This document shows positions 39,199-56,672 of a stretch of DNA of 64,000 bases, piece by piece; the stretch's first letter is position 1, and every line of letters begins with the position of its first letter. Location: positions 23,560,001 to 23,624,000 of the forward strand of contig OZ024742.1 of assembly GCA_964016885.1 (NCBI GenBank), given 5' to 3'. Made by a program: the position numbers and the translations under genes. The DNA is from Eledone cirrhosa (lineage: Eukaryota). The notes under the pieces are model-generated. The model was not told the origin of the DNA and did not search any database. It saw only the letters and a program-made list of their open reading frames with translations.

Positions 39199-41839
39199 AA
39201 TTCCTGTCTCAATATAATAAGTATACGTTATGCACTGCAGTGGATTAGACAACTGTCCTCTCTTTACGTAAGAAATCAATACATTAAGTATTTTGAAATC
39301 ATATTTCTTTACGTTAGAATTTTTTGAAACGTCTCTGTTATGATCTCGATATTTTGATCCTCAGATCCAATGTTATTTGTATTTGTTTAGTTTGTTTACT
39401 TGCTTTAGCAGTTCATCATATAATATATAATATAAGTTTATAAAACATATTCTGAGAAGAAATTGCCTGCATTGAAATTTTGCAATAAATATCTTATTTA
39501 GAAAATAATATTGCTCGGAGCATAATCTAGGCTGGATATAAACAATTAGTATTCTAATTAATCTGATCAACAATCACAGTTAGACAACTAATTAACCTCT
39601 CTTGAAAAAAGAATTAAGAAACTCAATTAGCTTAGGTCGGCTAAAGTTAACCTGTTTTAACATAGAAAGAATACGTAATTGGAATTGCTCGCAATATCTC
39701 GTTAATTTAGATGTAGGTCATTATGTATTGCTGATCATATTTACCAATATATCTATAGAATACGGCAATAACACCTCTACAGAAATATGTTACATCATCA
39801 AACGTGTTGCTTCCCACGTTGGTTGGTCTTTTAGTCGTTGTTTCTTTGTTTTCTCAATTACTGTGAAACGGTTAATCAGGAAGTTCGTATTAACAATGGC
39901 GGTCACAACATGGCTGAATGATTAAGAAATTCTCTTTGTAAATGTTATGTCCGAGGTTCGATCCAAATGCGTGGCATGTTTGGCAAGAATCATTTACCAT
40001 AGGATCAACAAGATTCTTGAATTGTGAGTGAAATTATGCGGACGGAAACTGTTTGAAATCCCGTCGCATGCATTGAACTTGTAATTTGTAATTCAAGGAC
40101 AAGTTTACCACACATTCTGTCTCACTGAATCTCCCTAAGAACTACATTAAGGATGTTTCTTCTGTTTTGTGGAAAACGTAACCACTTAATGTCTATTACA
40201 TGAGCATGCTGTTTCATTCATAAAACAACTGGAACATTATGTGGCTTGGTTAATTTAGTGGCTCCTTGAAATATTTGACCCGAAATTTCTGCCTACTCAT
40301 TGTCATTTAATTCAAACTATTGTAATAAACGTTTTTCGTTTCTATTTGATATTATTCTTTAAAGACGTTCTTATCTTCATGGGAGATGGGTAGTGGATAG
40401 GAAGTATCGGTAACGTATCGAACAACATAATCTGCGGCATATAGTTACGACCCTTTACGTTCTGACTTCATATCCCGCCAAAGTTAGCTTTGCCTTTCAT
40501 CCTTACGTTGTCGATCAAATAAAATAGAAGTTAAATACTTAATTGGATATAATCCATATTCCCCTCCCCCCACATATTGGCGGGAAGCCTATTGGTTAGG
40601 ATGTTGGACTCACGATGCTAATAAAGGGGAAATCCTGGAATGGGTTTTCATTTGACTTGTTGTGAAAAACATTTAATTTCACGTTACTCCAGTATACTCA
40701 GCAAAAATATGTACCAGCAATAGCTGGAGGTTTGATCTTGCGATGGACTAGCGTCCTGTTCAGGGGGAATTATTTTACTCTCATTTGATTAACGCCACAG
40801 AAACCATGATAAGTACTTGTTTGATGAGCCACCGAACTCAACGGCCGTCCTTTTCTCAAAAATTGTTGGTTGTGTGCCAAGTTTAGAAATAACTATTAAT
40901 CAACATTTTTTATCAGTTAATGTTGGTTGCGTTCTGAGTTCAAATTCCGCTGAGGTTACATTTACTTTCCATCATTTCAGGGTCAATAGAATAAAGTACC
41001 AGTAAATTACTGGGGTCAATATAATCAGATTTCCCGTTCTTCCAAATTACTGGCCATGTGCCAACGCTAGAAAGACTTATTATATATCGTTTTCAGTTCA
41101 ATAAATATACTACTACATCTTTTTGTTGGCAAAAACTCTGTTTTCTGCACTCAAATTATACAGACGATATTTTTCTATGCAATATTTTGGCCTCGACATT
41201 AACTAAATATGTGTAAAGAATTTGGTAAGAAGAATAGTAGACAATGAAAGCATATAGAATGTTGATTTGCCGAATTTCAGGAAGTGAATCAGAATCTTGC
41301 TTATGCAAAAGCTGTATTGACAATGCAGCTCAAATATAGAACGATTCACCTACAGCTATAACATATTGTAATCAGATTATACAAATTTGATTAGCCAGTT
41401 CGGGAGAGTAACTCAGCCCTTCGGAATTTTATGCTACAATATGCTTGTGTTGATGTTGGAATGTTGGTTCAGTAAATAAAGTTCGTTAATTATGTGGTTT
41501 TGTGAATACAATAATAGAGTAATTAGATGAGGAGAGGTTGTACGTAATAAATTTGGGCAAAATAACTACTTCAGTTTGTTTGCCAACCAACGTATCAGAG
41601 ATGCTAATTCCTGACAGTGCTTTCAGTGATATGTTAAAGTTATCACTTCTCAAGTCTTTTACTAAAATGTCTAGGATATTTAACACGTTCTCACCTTTTG
41701 ATCTGACGTAATTTTGGTCTGCTTGCACACGAATAGAAATATTCAAGTTTCTATTATACGAGGAGTATAAGTACACATTCATGCTCTCTTCTTTTCTCTC
41801 TCTCTCTCTCTCTCGCGTACACTATATCTCCCCCCCTCC

Positions 41840-42415
41840 CTCTCTCTCACTCTCGTTCTCATTCTCTGTCTACCTCTCTTTCTCTTTATGTATCTGAGGC
41901 TACCTCTGTCTCTTTCTCTCTCTTCCTCCCTCTCTCTCTCGTTCTCATTCTCTGTCTACCTCTCTTTCTCTTTATGTCTGTGAGGCTACCTCTGTCTCTT
42001 TCTCTCTCTTCCTCCCTCTCTCTCTCGTTCTCATTCTCTGTCTACCTCTCTTTCTCTTTATGTCTCTGAGGCTACCTCTGTCTCTTTCTTTCTCTCCCTC
42101 CCTCTCTCTCTCGTTCTCATTCTCTGTCTACCTCTCTTTCTCTTTATGTCTGTGAGGCTACCTCTGTCTCTTTCTTTCTCTCCCTCCCTCTCTCTCTCGT
42201 TCTCATTCTCTGTCTACCTCTCTTTCTCTTTATGTCTCTGAGGCTACCTCTGTCTCTTTCTCTCTCTCCCTCCCTCTCTCTCTCGTTCTCTTTCTCCGTC
42301 TAACTCTCTTTCTCTTTATGTCTCTGAGGCTACCTCTGTCTCTTTCTCTCTCTCCCTCCCTCTCTCTCTCGTTCTCTTTCTCCGTCTAACTCTCTTTCTC
42401 TTTGTGTCTCTGCGA
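41840..42415. repeat. CT-rich minisatellite, 86-bp unit, ~6.5 copies
   Basis: gttctc anchor at 41855, 41941, 42027 and onward. Confidence 0.9.
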
Positions 42416-43394
42416 TTCTCTCCCCCTCTTACCCCACCTCTCTATCTATCTCTGTATAAACAGACAAACATCTTTTCATCAACCTCATATCAATAAAACA
42501 AAGTAAGTACCAGTCAAATACTTTCGTTGCTTTAATCAACGATGCCTCACCTCCCCGCGAAATAAAATAATTACTGGACTTGTGTCTAAAGTAAAAACCA
42601 TTATTAATATAATTGTTTCTACTTTAGGCACAAGGCCAGCAATTACCCAGTGCATTACTGGTACTTTATTTTATCGACCCCGTAAGGATGAAAGGCAAAG
42701 TCAACCTCAGCGGGATTTGAACTCAGATCGTAAAGGGATGTAACTATGCTGGAAACCATGGCGTCCGACCCTCTACCGATACTGCCAATAATACTATTAT
42801 TAATATAATATATGTTATATATAAACAGATACACAACATAGAAAAATATATATATTTATAAAAGCCCAAATATCATACAAACCTATTTTTATAATATAAT
42901 ATAATACCTTATCAGGTATTGTACAATATTATATAAATATACGATATATGTCATACATATGTATACTTCAATGCATTGTATTGTCAACAATGACAATTAA
43001 ATAACATGATTAATGGTGGACGTATCAAATAATTTGACGAATAAATTGAATGCTTCGAAAGACAGAGATTATTAATCATGCACCATGTACATAATGTGAT
43101 ACGGAATATAATATATACTGCCTTTATTCCACAGTTATCATAGAGCTTTGCATAAGTTGTAAGAATTCATATTTTTTTCAAGGTGAAATGTTATATACGT
43201 ATGTTGCTATTAGAATACGTATCTACAAAGAGGGATTCATTATATGAGATGGTATTGTATGGTAGAGTCCCGTATGTCCTGGTAGAGTGATAGGAGCGAC
43301 GTATTGACATACGGCATTTCCTGGTCATTTTTAAGGCTGACGGCGCCCAATCTACTCCATGTCTGTACACAATCGATATCTTCCAGATGAGATG

Positions 43395-43473
<79 letters not shown>

Positions 43474-45498
43474 AAGAGAGAGAGAGAGAGAGAGAGGGGA
43501 AGTGAGAGATAGATATAGTTGAAGAATAGAAGCCAGTACTACACTGGTACTTTTTTATCGACCTACCTCGAAAAGACGAAAGGCAAAGTTAACCTCAGCG
43601 TGATTTGAAATCAGACAGAAGGAATAGCACAAAGCATTTGGTACCAAATATTTTAGAGAACCATTGAATTCTTATTGGAAACCCCTCGAACAATTTCGTG
43701 TGGTTCAAATACAAATAAATATCTATGAATTAAACAGCGCTACATCTCGGTAACACCACTCCAAACGCCTGACGACTGAGATTACTAAGATATACAAAAT
43801 ACTGCTTATGACACTAGTAAAATATACAAAACGCAGTTATAATTTCTTAAAAACAAATGCAAAATAATGATTATCATGGCGAGATCTAGAAACTGCGAGT
43901 AATACCAGCAGTTCCATGAAAATACTCGATATCATTTTTAATAATCAGAATGGCATTTCCTGTCCAGACCCAAATGCCCGTTATGCGATCCATCTTATGA
44001 AGTATTGGTGTAATGGTACTTAAAAGTCGGGTCAAAGCAACTTCTGCTCTTCGTTAAGTGGTATCACAGTACAAATCATTTTGTAGATTCATTAATGTTC
44101 ATATAATTGAAATGTGGCTAAATGTCTCTACATTAAGACTAGTCTCAAAAGGCTTGTACTTTGGAAAAGGATTAACCAGAAATAAGGACTCAAAATCGAT
44201 GATAACCAACCGTGAACGTTAGGGCGTCTACATGTGGATGTGTAGCACGGATTCGGTGTCCTTATAAACTGTGTAAAATTCCCATATGTATAATATTATG
44301 GCCTGGAACTCTTACTCTGGCATCTAAAAACAGTTTTAAACTTTGATCATCCTCAATATATTTTCAGACGCAGTGTACGTGGGGAACTTAATTCGAAGTG
44401 TTATTCGTTTTTTTAGATATTTACGAAGAGTTTTGAGGATTTAACCGCTATTTATAGCAAGCCGAATGACCACTTAGGGACTTCCCTGTTAGTTTGTTAA
44501 CAGTTCCTTTGTTTAAGCCTTTGAACTTTATCGCATTGTTTAAAGTGGTACAGAACGATGTCTGTTGTGGACATTACTGCAACATTAACCTCATATTCTA
44601 GATTAGTTTATATTTTCTGATCTTTACTACAAACGAAAGCTGAGAAAGGAAATTTACTTCCACATTGATACAGTTCTCCATGTCCCCTCCGAGACTCCTA
44701 TAATATAGGAAATGCCAGCGATGCAAGATATAACAAATCTACATACTCTGCTGTTGACATTAGCAGCGAAGCATTTTAAACTTTTCTGTCAGACTGTATT
44801 GTATGGTCTATAGAGATTTAGAATAATACATGATTTGTAAAGAAACAAAAACAAAGCTATGTAAATATCTGCACATTGTGGATTCTATTTTTCAATGTAA
44901 AAATTCGCGCAAATACGCAGTGACACCGAAAGAAAATTTACATTTCTTTTATGCTTCTCATTTCTTGTTCATTTAAAATATATTTTATGCGGCGTGTCTT
45001 TGTTTGTTTTCCATTTCTTTGAATGTTTAATTTTGACAAAAGAATCTTAACGAGAAAGCTAATTTACAACAATTAGAAAGCTGGTTGCTTCGGTCAATAG
45101 AAAAAAAAAACGTTGATGATAATTGAGAACTCTAGAGATAACTGGTGGTTTACAAAAAAAAAACGATAACGATAAAAATCTTTTACATGTAATAACATTT
45201 TAAAAAATCGGTGACGACAATCATGTTTAAATTATATTTTCCTTTTTTTTTTTATCGTTTAACCATCTTGTAGGAATTTCCTTCTGACAGGAATTTCGCG
45301 TTTAAAACTGGATGAACACATTATATACATTTTATACTGCAGGGAATGTCGATTTAAAACGTTTAAAACATGTTTATTCAGGTACGAGGAACGTACATGA
45401 ACAAGTGTAATATTACACTATATACTTGGTAATAAAATATGACCGCTCATGTGAGTAGCAGCTTATTCCATATTACTTACGTGTACACACACACATAC

Positions 45499-46535
<1,037 letters not shown>

Positions 46536-47705
46536 TATATACATAAAAATGATATACATTAAATTAAAGCTTAATACATAAAAACTCCTTAACCATACCT
46601 TTGGGTTTTATCGTGACGATGGTCTAATACTTTCCCATACCACTATAGGCCATAACTTAGATAGATTCAGGAAAGACTTAATAAAAACCTTCGCTAGTTT
46701 TAATCTTGAAATTACTATTGACACTAACCTTTCTAATGTTAATTTTCTAGATATAAACCTAGATCTGCCTACTGCTTCTTATAAATCGTACCATAAACCT
46801 AATGAACATTTAAAATATATAAATAAAGGCTCTTGCCATCCTCCTACAGTTTTTAAAAATCTTATCCGTAATATTAGCCGTAGGATCTCCACCCTCTCTT
46901 CCTCAGAAGCTATTTTCAATAAGGCATCCCCCTACTATAATAAAGCCCTTCAAAATAGCGGATATAGCGAACCGATTAAGTACATACCCAACAATACTAA
47001 CTCCTTTAAACATAATAATAGGAATAGAAAAATAATCTGGTTCACATCCCCCTACTCTCTAGCAGTTAAAACTAATGTAAGCAAAAAATTCCTAGAGCTC
47101 TTAGATAAACATTTCCCTAGAACACATAGATACTGTAAAACCTTCAATAGAAACTGTGTCAAAATCAGCTACTCCAGCTACCCCTATTAAATCTTATATC
47201 CTCAATAAGAAAATACCCAGAGAACATCAAAATTGCTCCTGTAGAGTCAAAAGTGAATGCCCATTACAAGGTAAATGCAACACCAACGCCATTGTATATG
47301 CGGCTAAAGTGACAACCACCAACAACAACCTACCAGCCACCAGCGAACGATATGTGGGTACAAGACTAATTCAAAACGCGTTATTACTCACATGTCACAT
47401 CTTTCCGACATCCTGAAAAAAGATTTACAACAGCTCTGGCTAGAAGAATATGGGATTTGAAAGACCAAGGTATACCATATAAATTAGATTGGTCAATTTT
47501 GAACCAATCTAAAGAATATGCAAGAGGAACAAGTAGATGCGCTCTCTGCATAAGTGAAAAATATTGTATTTTACAGAACATTAAATCACCAAAAACCTGC
47601 CTAAATGCAAAAACAAAAAATTTCACCAGTTGCCCACACATGAAATCACACTTGCTTTCCAGCTCATATAAACTTAAATCACTTTCAGATACTTATCCTC
47701 CATAA
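46536..47705 (+). pseudogene. Penelope-like element ORF, 5'-truncated: RT C-terminal half plus GIY-YIG endonuclease
   Basis: FYRDDGL, VNFLDI, SCHPP, RKIIWFTSPYS, HFP, FNRNCVKISYS; CSCRVKSECPLQGKC..IVYAAKV..YVG; CALCISEKYCIL..LNAK..SCPH; at least two frameshifts. Confidence 0.92.
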
Positions 47706-48491
47706 ACTCTTGTTCTTCACTTTCCTTAACTTACCTTCGTTACAGACTTCTCTTTCTGATTTACTTTTATTTTTATTTTTAACTTTATTTTTACTTCATA
47801 TCTACTAGTGACCCCCCCCCCCCTGCTTTTTGATTCACTTACCTTATATCTTCACAATTTTACATATTTTACTTCCCCCATTTCTTTCACTACCTAATAT
47901 CGCTTGTCACTTGTGTTTTCAACTGCAGATATATTATGTTGTCCCTCAGCCGCTTTATGTATGTTTACTTGCATATAATTTGTACTCATTTATTCATACG
48001 GCTGGTTTTTATATTGTATGTATGCTTGTAAGTGTGCATATGTGTGTATACGTGTTTGTATATGTATACGAATGCACTCGTATGTGCGCGTGTATGTGAT
48101 GTGTATATGTGTGTGTGTATGTGTGTTTTTATATCTATGTTTTTTACATACTTATATATATCTGTGTATATATATATATATGTGTATATACGGAAAAAAT
48201 GAAACGAAATTTCATTTCCCACTCTTAGTACGGCTGTTACTTAAATATAAGTATGTATATGTACATACATATATGTATACAGACGTACAGTAGTATGTAT
48301 ATATACATACATGCACACATATATATATATGTACGTATGGATTCACTAAACATTTATTATAATGCTCGGTGTGTTTGTAAACAAACATCCCGTATTAAGC
48401 CGTAGTGTCTAGCAACCACCGTTGCTCGTTTGTTCAACACTGACAAAGGAACGCTGTACTAGTTTCAACGTTGTTAGCTATGTATGTATGT

Positions 48492-48545
<54 letters not shown>

Positions 48546-48665
48546 TCGCGTGCATGCATGTGATTATATGTACATGTATGTATATATATGTGCTTCGTGT
48601 GTATGTATGCGCGCTTTTGTATGTATGTACGCATGTATGTGCTTTTGTCTGTACGTATATATATA

Positions 48666-48723
<58 letters not shown>

Positions 48724-49360
48724 CGTACGAAATTCTGTATGTTTCTACTTTTCATTTATTTTTTCTAGTGTTACCTTATAATTGATAACCCCTCCCTCAC
48801 ACTTTCTCTTGGATTTAATTTTTTTATTCTTATACATTTTTTCATTTTCATATTTTATATTTTTATATCTGTATCGACACTGCTTTATCTGTCTCCTGCC
48901 AATATCGACACTGCTTTGACTGATACACTCCCTTCCCTGTATATATCACATACATGTATGTGGTTGTGCGTGTGTGTGTGTGTGTTTAGACGCGTGCTTT
49001 CATACTTGTATGTGTATATATTTCAATCTTTAGTCCCTGAGTCTGTATGTACGCTAAAACTATTATCTTACAATTTCTTTTTTCAACATATATTATATAC
49101 GTATTTGTGGTCACACATACACTGATATGCTTGCCCTCATGTATGTACTTAGGCACACATTTTTTCACTATACTCATACATTTGTACATACACACATATG
49201 TACATTTGTAGGTGCATATACACACATTTATTCACATACACTTACTATTTTTCCTTATGTTATTTTATATATCTCTTGCAATACTTCTTTTTATATATTT
49301 ATTTTCCGTTAAACTTTTGCCTTTCTTGAGGAGATGTTTCAAATATTTCACTATGTTTTA

Positions 49361-49427
49361 AATTGCCTTGTCTGACGAACGAATGAGGACGTTTCTTATT
49401 CGGGAAACCTCTGGCAATGAGGTAATT
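49361..49427 (+). ncRNA. Type I hammerhead, family I; probable pLTR ribozyme of the upstream Penelope; one core substitution
   Basis: AAUUGCCUUGU-CUGACGA-A CGAAUGAGGA cgu UUCUUAUUCG G-GAA-ACC ucu GGC-A-AUGAGGUAAUU; U16.1 is replaced by C. Confidence 0.75.
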
Positions 49428-49454
49428 ATATTGTATTGTTTATTATAAATATAT

Positions 49455-49572
<118 letters not shown>

Positions 49573-49886
49573 GATAACAAGTTATCGGTATAGGTAATCC
49601 AGTTAGAGTATTCCGCGTTGTGGATAGTTTTAACGTACGGCTTTGTTTGCGTCAACAAGATGTTTTCACAGTTATGCAGTGAGTTCGTTGTAATTACTCT
49701 GCAGGTTATACTTGGAATAATAATAGTTAAAGAAAGAAGAGTAACACGGTAGGCTGTACAATATTGTACAGCCTACCATGTTACTCTTCATTTTTTAACT
49801 ATATATATATATATATATAAATGAAAGGTATAGAAAATATTGTAGCAAAAAGCCAACAGTATTCCATAATATAAAAAAAACGTCAC

Positions 49887-49953
<67 letters not shown>

Positions 49954-50159
49954 AAAGTGAGGTTTTTTTACAAAATGAAAAGTAACCGAGGTGTCCTACA
50001 CGAGTGAAAGTATAAAGAAAAAAAGATGAAATCGAAAATGCAACTGGAGTCTAATTTTTTTTAAATTATATATATTTATTTGGTTCCTTTACCAGCTTCG
50101 CAGTTCTTCTGCTTTTCAAAGGTAGAGTTGACATGGAGGTCTGTAGTTTTTCTCACATT

Positions 50160-50520
50160 TTTTCCGTTTAATGTTTTCGGTGCGCCCGGCCGATTAACTC
50201 ACTCGACATGCAAATTGGGCTGCTCAGCCTTTAATATGCATAAGGAAAATATATACTTTCAGACGTTCAATCATCGGGCAGGAAGGTATGCGGTGCTGAC
50301 GATAGCTAATAAGCTCGAAATTAGTACATCGTTCCCTTGTCAGTGTTGAACAAAAAGTGCAACGATGCTTGCTAAACACTGTACGGCTTAATTCGGGATG
50401 TTTGTTTACAAACATACCGAGCATTATAATAAATGTTCGATGAATACATGCGTACATATATATATGTGTGCATGTATGTATATATATACATACTACTGTA
50501 CGTTTGTATACATATATACT
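50160..50520 (+). mobile_element. Diverged family K monomer with hammerhead at 50290-50332; an inverted partial copy lies at ~48195-48480
   Basis: GCGGUG-CUGACGA-U AGCU aaua AGCU C-GAA-AU ua GU-A-CAUCGU; the body aligns by eye to 58060-58480. Confidence 0.75.
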
Positions 50521-51616
<1,096 letters not shown>

Positions 51617-54600
51617 TTATATATGTCTGTGTGTAGTGTGTGTGTGTGTTTGGCTGAGCAGCCGGAAGAAACAGACTCCATAGGTGAGGTGGGTCATCTA
51701 TATCATAGAGTTGAGTTCAGTGTGTAGGCGTGCTTGTCTGCGTACATAGGCTATTTTAGAGTATCCCATCCAATTTGTCAAAAATGTCATATCTTTTTAA
51801 ATATATTTAATATTTGATATCAATACATGTAATCATGATATATCACTACTAGCGTATCCAGAATACATTTTATATGTTTTCTATTTAGTTTTGTCTAGAC
51901 CCGAGTTTCCCAACATTCTGCATCATCGCCATCCATCTATACAGAAACTATTCAAAAACATACCAAAAATGTTTGGCAAAAGTTTATTACTCGTTCGTTA
52001 TTCCATTTTTGTATGTCTTTTTAATACAGGTTCTTTGCATATCTCCTTTGAATATTTATTTCTCGGTAGAATATGTTGAAATACCTTCTTAATTATCAAA
52101 GTCCTATATCGTCCATTAAAACTTCCAGTCGACATCCATTTTCTGATCAGTTATTCATCACCCACCCGACAGTAGAAACCGCCCATCATTGGGTGATATC
52201 ACCTAGGTTTGGAAAACCTGGTCTAGAGGAAGTCATAAAACCTACATCTTTCTTAGATTCTTCGTCTAAACTGAAATGGGTGAAGTCAATCTGATATCAC
52301 TGGCTACCTATATAGTCAGCATACTATTGCATAATATCTAATCAATCTATATCGTAGTATATGTGCGTAATTATAGGATATTGCCTATATTATTATTTGT
52401 AGATTACAAGTAGTCAAACATCTAATCAATAAATATCAATATATGCAAGTGTTTAATCAAGAAATATCAATATCTTCATGTGTGTAATCATGGAATATCG
52501 CTGTGTTAATATATTTTAATCAATGACCAATATTTCGGTTCAGTATATTTTTCAATACTTTAATACTTTAGTTCACATTTTTTGGTTAAAAATTCTAAAT
52601 ATATATGAAACTTTGATGTTTATCAAAATTCTAACTAAAACACAGCAAAAAACTATATAAATATACTTTCAAGCAAAAATCTAATTTTAACTGGAATCGA
52701 CGGTCATTAATTCAATTTGAATAAAGTAAAAATATTTAAGTTTACTTCTTAAAAATATATTAAATGTCTTGACTAAATTTCTTTAAATATTTGAAATTGT
52801 ATTTCATAGTTGCGGGAATGATTTGTGTAAAATACAGTTTGATACGTACAAAACGCAAACTAGAAGTTATTTCTTAGCTATATATTGGTGTTTAATGTAT
52901 TCTTGAAGTGTTTTTTTTTTTTTTTTTGTTTTATGTTTCTCAAATTGCAATGTTCAATCACTTTTCACCGATGTGTTATGATATCATGCAAGCTGTCTTA
53001 TTTTGTGATATCATGCACAACGATGTTAGTATGGTGGTAAGAAGCGAGGTCATAGGTTGATAGATAGAAGAAAATGACAACAGTACTGCTTCATTGTGGA
53101 GCTTGACAGATTAAGAATAGAAGAGACTCTAACATCACGCATTTCGAATATATTTTAAGACAGAAAGTAAACAGAAAAGTTTACATTTCTGTCCTGAGAT
53201 AAATGCAAATGAATGTAATATCCTGGAAAGAAAAACCTGGATAGTAAATAACTAATATTCAAATTTTAGAGATGGGGATAGAAAATAATAGCGAACAGTA
53301 AACTTTGACATCTTCCCATCAATCAACTATCATATCTTCATATCAATCAGTTAATCAAATAGTCATAATACTACACCCCAACACACACACACGTCCGCAA
53401 CAAATTCTTTTAAAAAACTGAAGATACTTCAGTCTCGTTAACTCAATAATCACATCTAAATTAGACCATTACATACGACCCTGCATCTCAATAAAAACCG
53501 GCGGTGGACGAGTCAGTATTCATTCAAAATGCGTAATAATACATATGAATCATATTCATAGTAATGCAAAAGGGCGACACCCTTTAAATTTTCTAGATCA
53601 TTCCGCGAAGCAGAAAATAAGTGTTTTAGGTGTAACTACACAGCTAGGTAACTATAGACCATAATTGTATGTAGGAGTCTGGTTTGTTCTGGTCTCTTTC
53701 CATCTTCATTCCTGTACCTGGACATTTGCACCAATGCTTATCTGTATGATAGTGTATGTCCATGATTCTCATCGGGGGAAAATGTGGCAATAGTGGGTCC
53801 CAAATCCTCGTCCGATCAATGCTTGGAATTCTGCTACCAAGTCGCAGTTCATCTGCCTTCAGCAGAATGATGAACCTGATGGCTACTTGAAAGATTATCA
53901 CTAAGGTGACTAAGGGGACTAAGAAGTTCCATCTACTCCTGTTTTGAAATCAGATGGATCTTTCTCCTGGACAGACTGCCAGGGAAGAGTAATGATTTAC
54001 AAATTATTGGATGGACATTGACTCACATGGGTTCCTCCACCCTTTGAAGATTTTTCCATTTCATCCCATAGGCTGTCCATATATTACCCTCGTCACCAAG
54101 TGCGTTTGGTGGGATTGCCCGTTTAGTCACGGAAGAACCGACAATGTGACAGGTTGTAAAGGATTATATGTTGCCAGTAGCGTTTGAGAGCGACTTGACA
54201 GGAGTGTTTTGAAATAAATACGTATTTTGCCGTCTGTGTTTACAGATATTTTTCAGGCTTTCTCTCAGTTTTCAAATCTCCCTATAGATTTAAGTTTTAC
54301 GCTTTCGTGTTTAGCTTCGAATTTAATCAGGGGATGAGAAATACATCGACATCTAATTGTTCCATCGGACAATTAACATTCCTATATGATATTTAGTAAG
54401 GGATCACAAACTGAGATAAGTGGGCTACGGTAATGTAGAATAAGTGATATGTTCAAAAACTAACAGGGACACAGGACTAGACACTAATAACTTTTACAAG
54501 TGATGTACACATATTACAAGAAAAAAATAGCAACTTTAATGTCAGGAATAAAAGGAAAATATGTTTCCAAATTTCCTAATGTAATATATTACTTATGATG

Positions 54601-56672
54601 AATAAACTTGTATTTTTATTTGTATGAAACGTTTTTTTTGTATAAAATCGAACATCAAGCAAAGCGCAATAACTAATGTCTAAGGAAAAGTAATTTCGAG
54701 TTTTTTTATGATGTGATAGAAGATATATGAGACTTTGTTGGCAACGTAGTAAAAATGGCAAGCATATCAGTTGAAAAGTTTTGCCAGGTTGAACATCCAT
54801 CTCTATCAATGAATAAAAAATATTATAATTTGATGAGTTGGATTCAAACGTTGTGAATGTTGCCGTATGAGAGAAACGAAATTGAGTCAAGTAAAAATAT
54901 AATATTGTTTCTTAAAATACGTTGATCTAAAAATAAATGTGTTGAACAATGTTGTATATCCCTGTAGATATCGTACTTGGAAACAATCCAGTGCAGCAGA
55001 CTATTGGAGTCAAGTAATGAAATGTTTTTTCCATACAAAACAGAATAAGGAGAAATACTTGATGCCAAAAAAGTGGCAGAAATATGATAAACAGGTTTTA
55101 TAAGCACCTGCTTCATTTTCACATTTATTCTATGGGAGTGATATTTTCTTAACAAGCGCAGCTAACTAAATTATAATTTGTTCTTATTGATTTAACAAAT
55201 GCCGTACTCTCGACGTATGTTAATGGGGTTTTCAAGTTCGATTCTCGATTATGGATTTTCTATACTTACACTCGGAATACAATATTAAATTGCTCCGAGG
55301 TCACTGCACTGATCAACTGATTTATACATCAAAATTAGGTCTTCAACGGTTTAAGAATAATTCTGAACATTATCATTTAACCGATTGAGACACATTCACA
55401 ATAAAATTGGGTGAATAAATAACTGTTATTATGCATTTTGGGCGTTAGCGTGGTGGATTACCAGTAACGGGAGAGCATAGGATAATATATTTGGTGGCAT
55501 AGAGTTACTGTCCTTTGCGTTCTGAGTTCAAATCCCGCAGAGGTTAGCATTACCTTTCATGGTTAGGGGGTCGACAAAATAAGATACGCCAAAATTGTTG
55601 ACCTTGTGTCTAACTCCGAAAATATTATTAAATTCGATAATTTATCGCAGACATTACAGAGAGAAAGGCATGAACACGCGTTTCCTTGAGCGTACTCAAA
55701 ATATACCCTTATTCAACCTGTAGTATCGAATTTAATAATATATTAAACACTCGTCCCATAGACGGAGTGATCAACACCATCGATATCTTTACCCAACCAT
55801 AAATATTATGTATGTACTTGTTCAGGCGATGCTACAGGTTCATGTAGCTGGCCATAGCCGAGAAGTGCACCAAACTCTATAATCTGAGAAGCGATTGCAA
55901 TAATCTTAGTCGAGTTTGCAGTCATCATATATTTCAAACATAACAAGAATGAATAAGAATGTGTTACTGCTATTTCTAAAAAGCAAATATATATATAAAT
56001 ACATATATACATATATACATATATATATATATATACATACATATATATATATAACATATTATAAAGTAAGAAGAAATAGTAGACAGATATATTCCTATTT
56101 TTTCTTCGATGTCCCGACTGTACAGTTTCGCTGGTCAGTATGAAAACATCTTATATCATAGAGATGTAACATGGTTGTGAGGTAAGCCAACTTATCAAGG
56201 GAACACCTCAGGGAAAGTGCGCTTCTAGACACGTTCGTAACATGCGGGAAAATCTCAAAAAAGCGGAGGGAGATAGTATCACGTTATACACCGGTCAAGA
56301 AAAGATACTAAATGTCTTGTAGCAGTGAAAAATATCTCAGAAGGCGGAGGGGGATATTGATATGATACAGAGGCTACAGATGGGTGGTAATGTTGACTGA
56401 AAGTGTTTATAGTGTTTGCGTGAGAGCAGTTACTATACTTCTGTGGTTACTCTACCGTGAAGGAGTTTTAGACAATAATTGTTTCTACTTTTAGCACAAG
56501 GCCAGCAATTATCTCAGTACATTACTGGTACTTTATTTTATCGACCCCGTAAGGATGAAAGGCAAAGTTAACCTCGGCGGGATTTGAACTCAGACTGTAA
56601 AGGGACGTAACTATGCTGGAAAGCATGTCGTCCGACCCAGATACTGCCAATTCCTCGCCCTGTTTTAGACAA

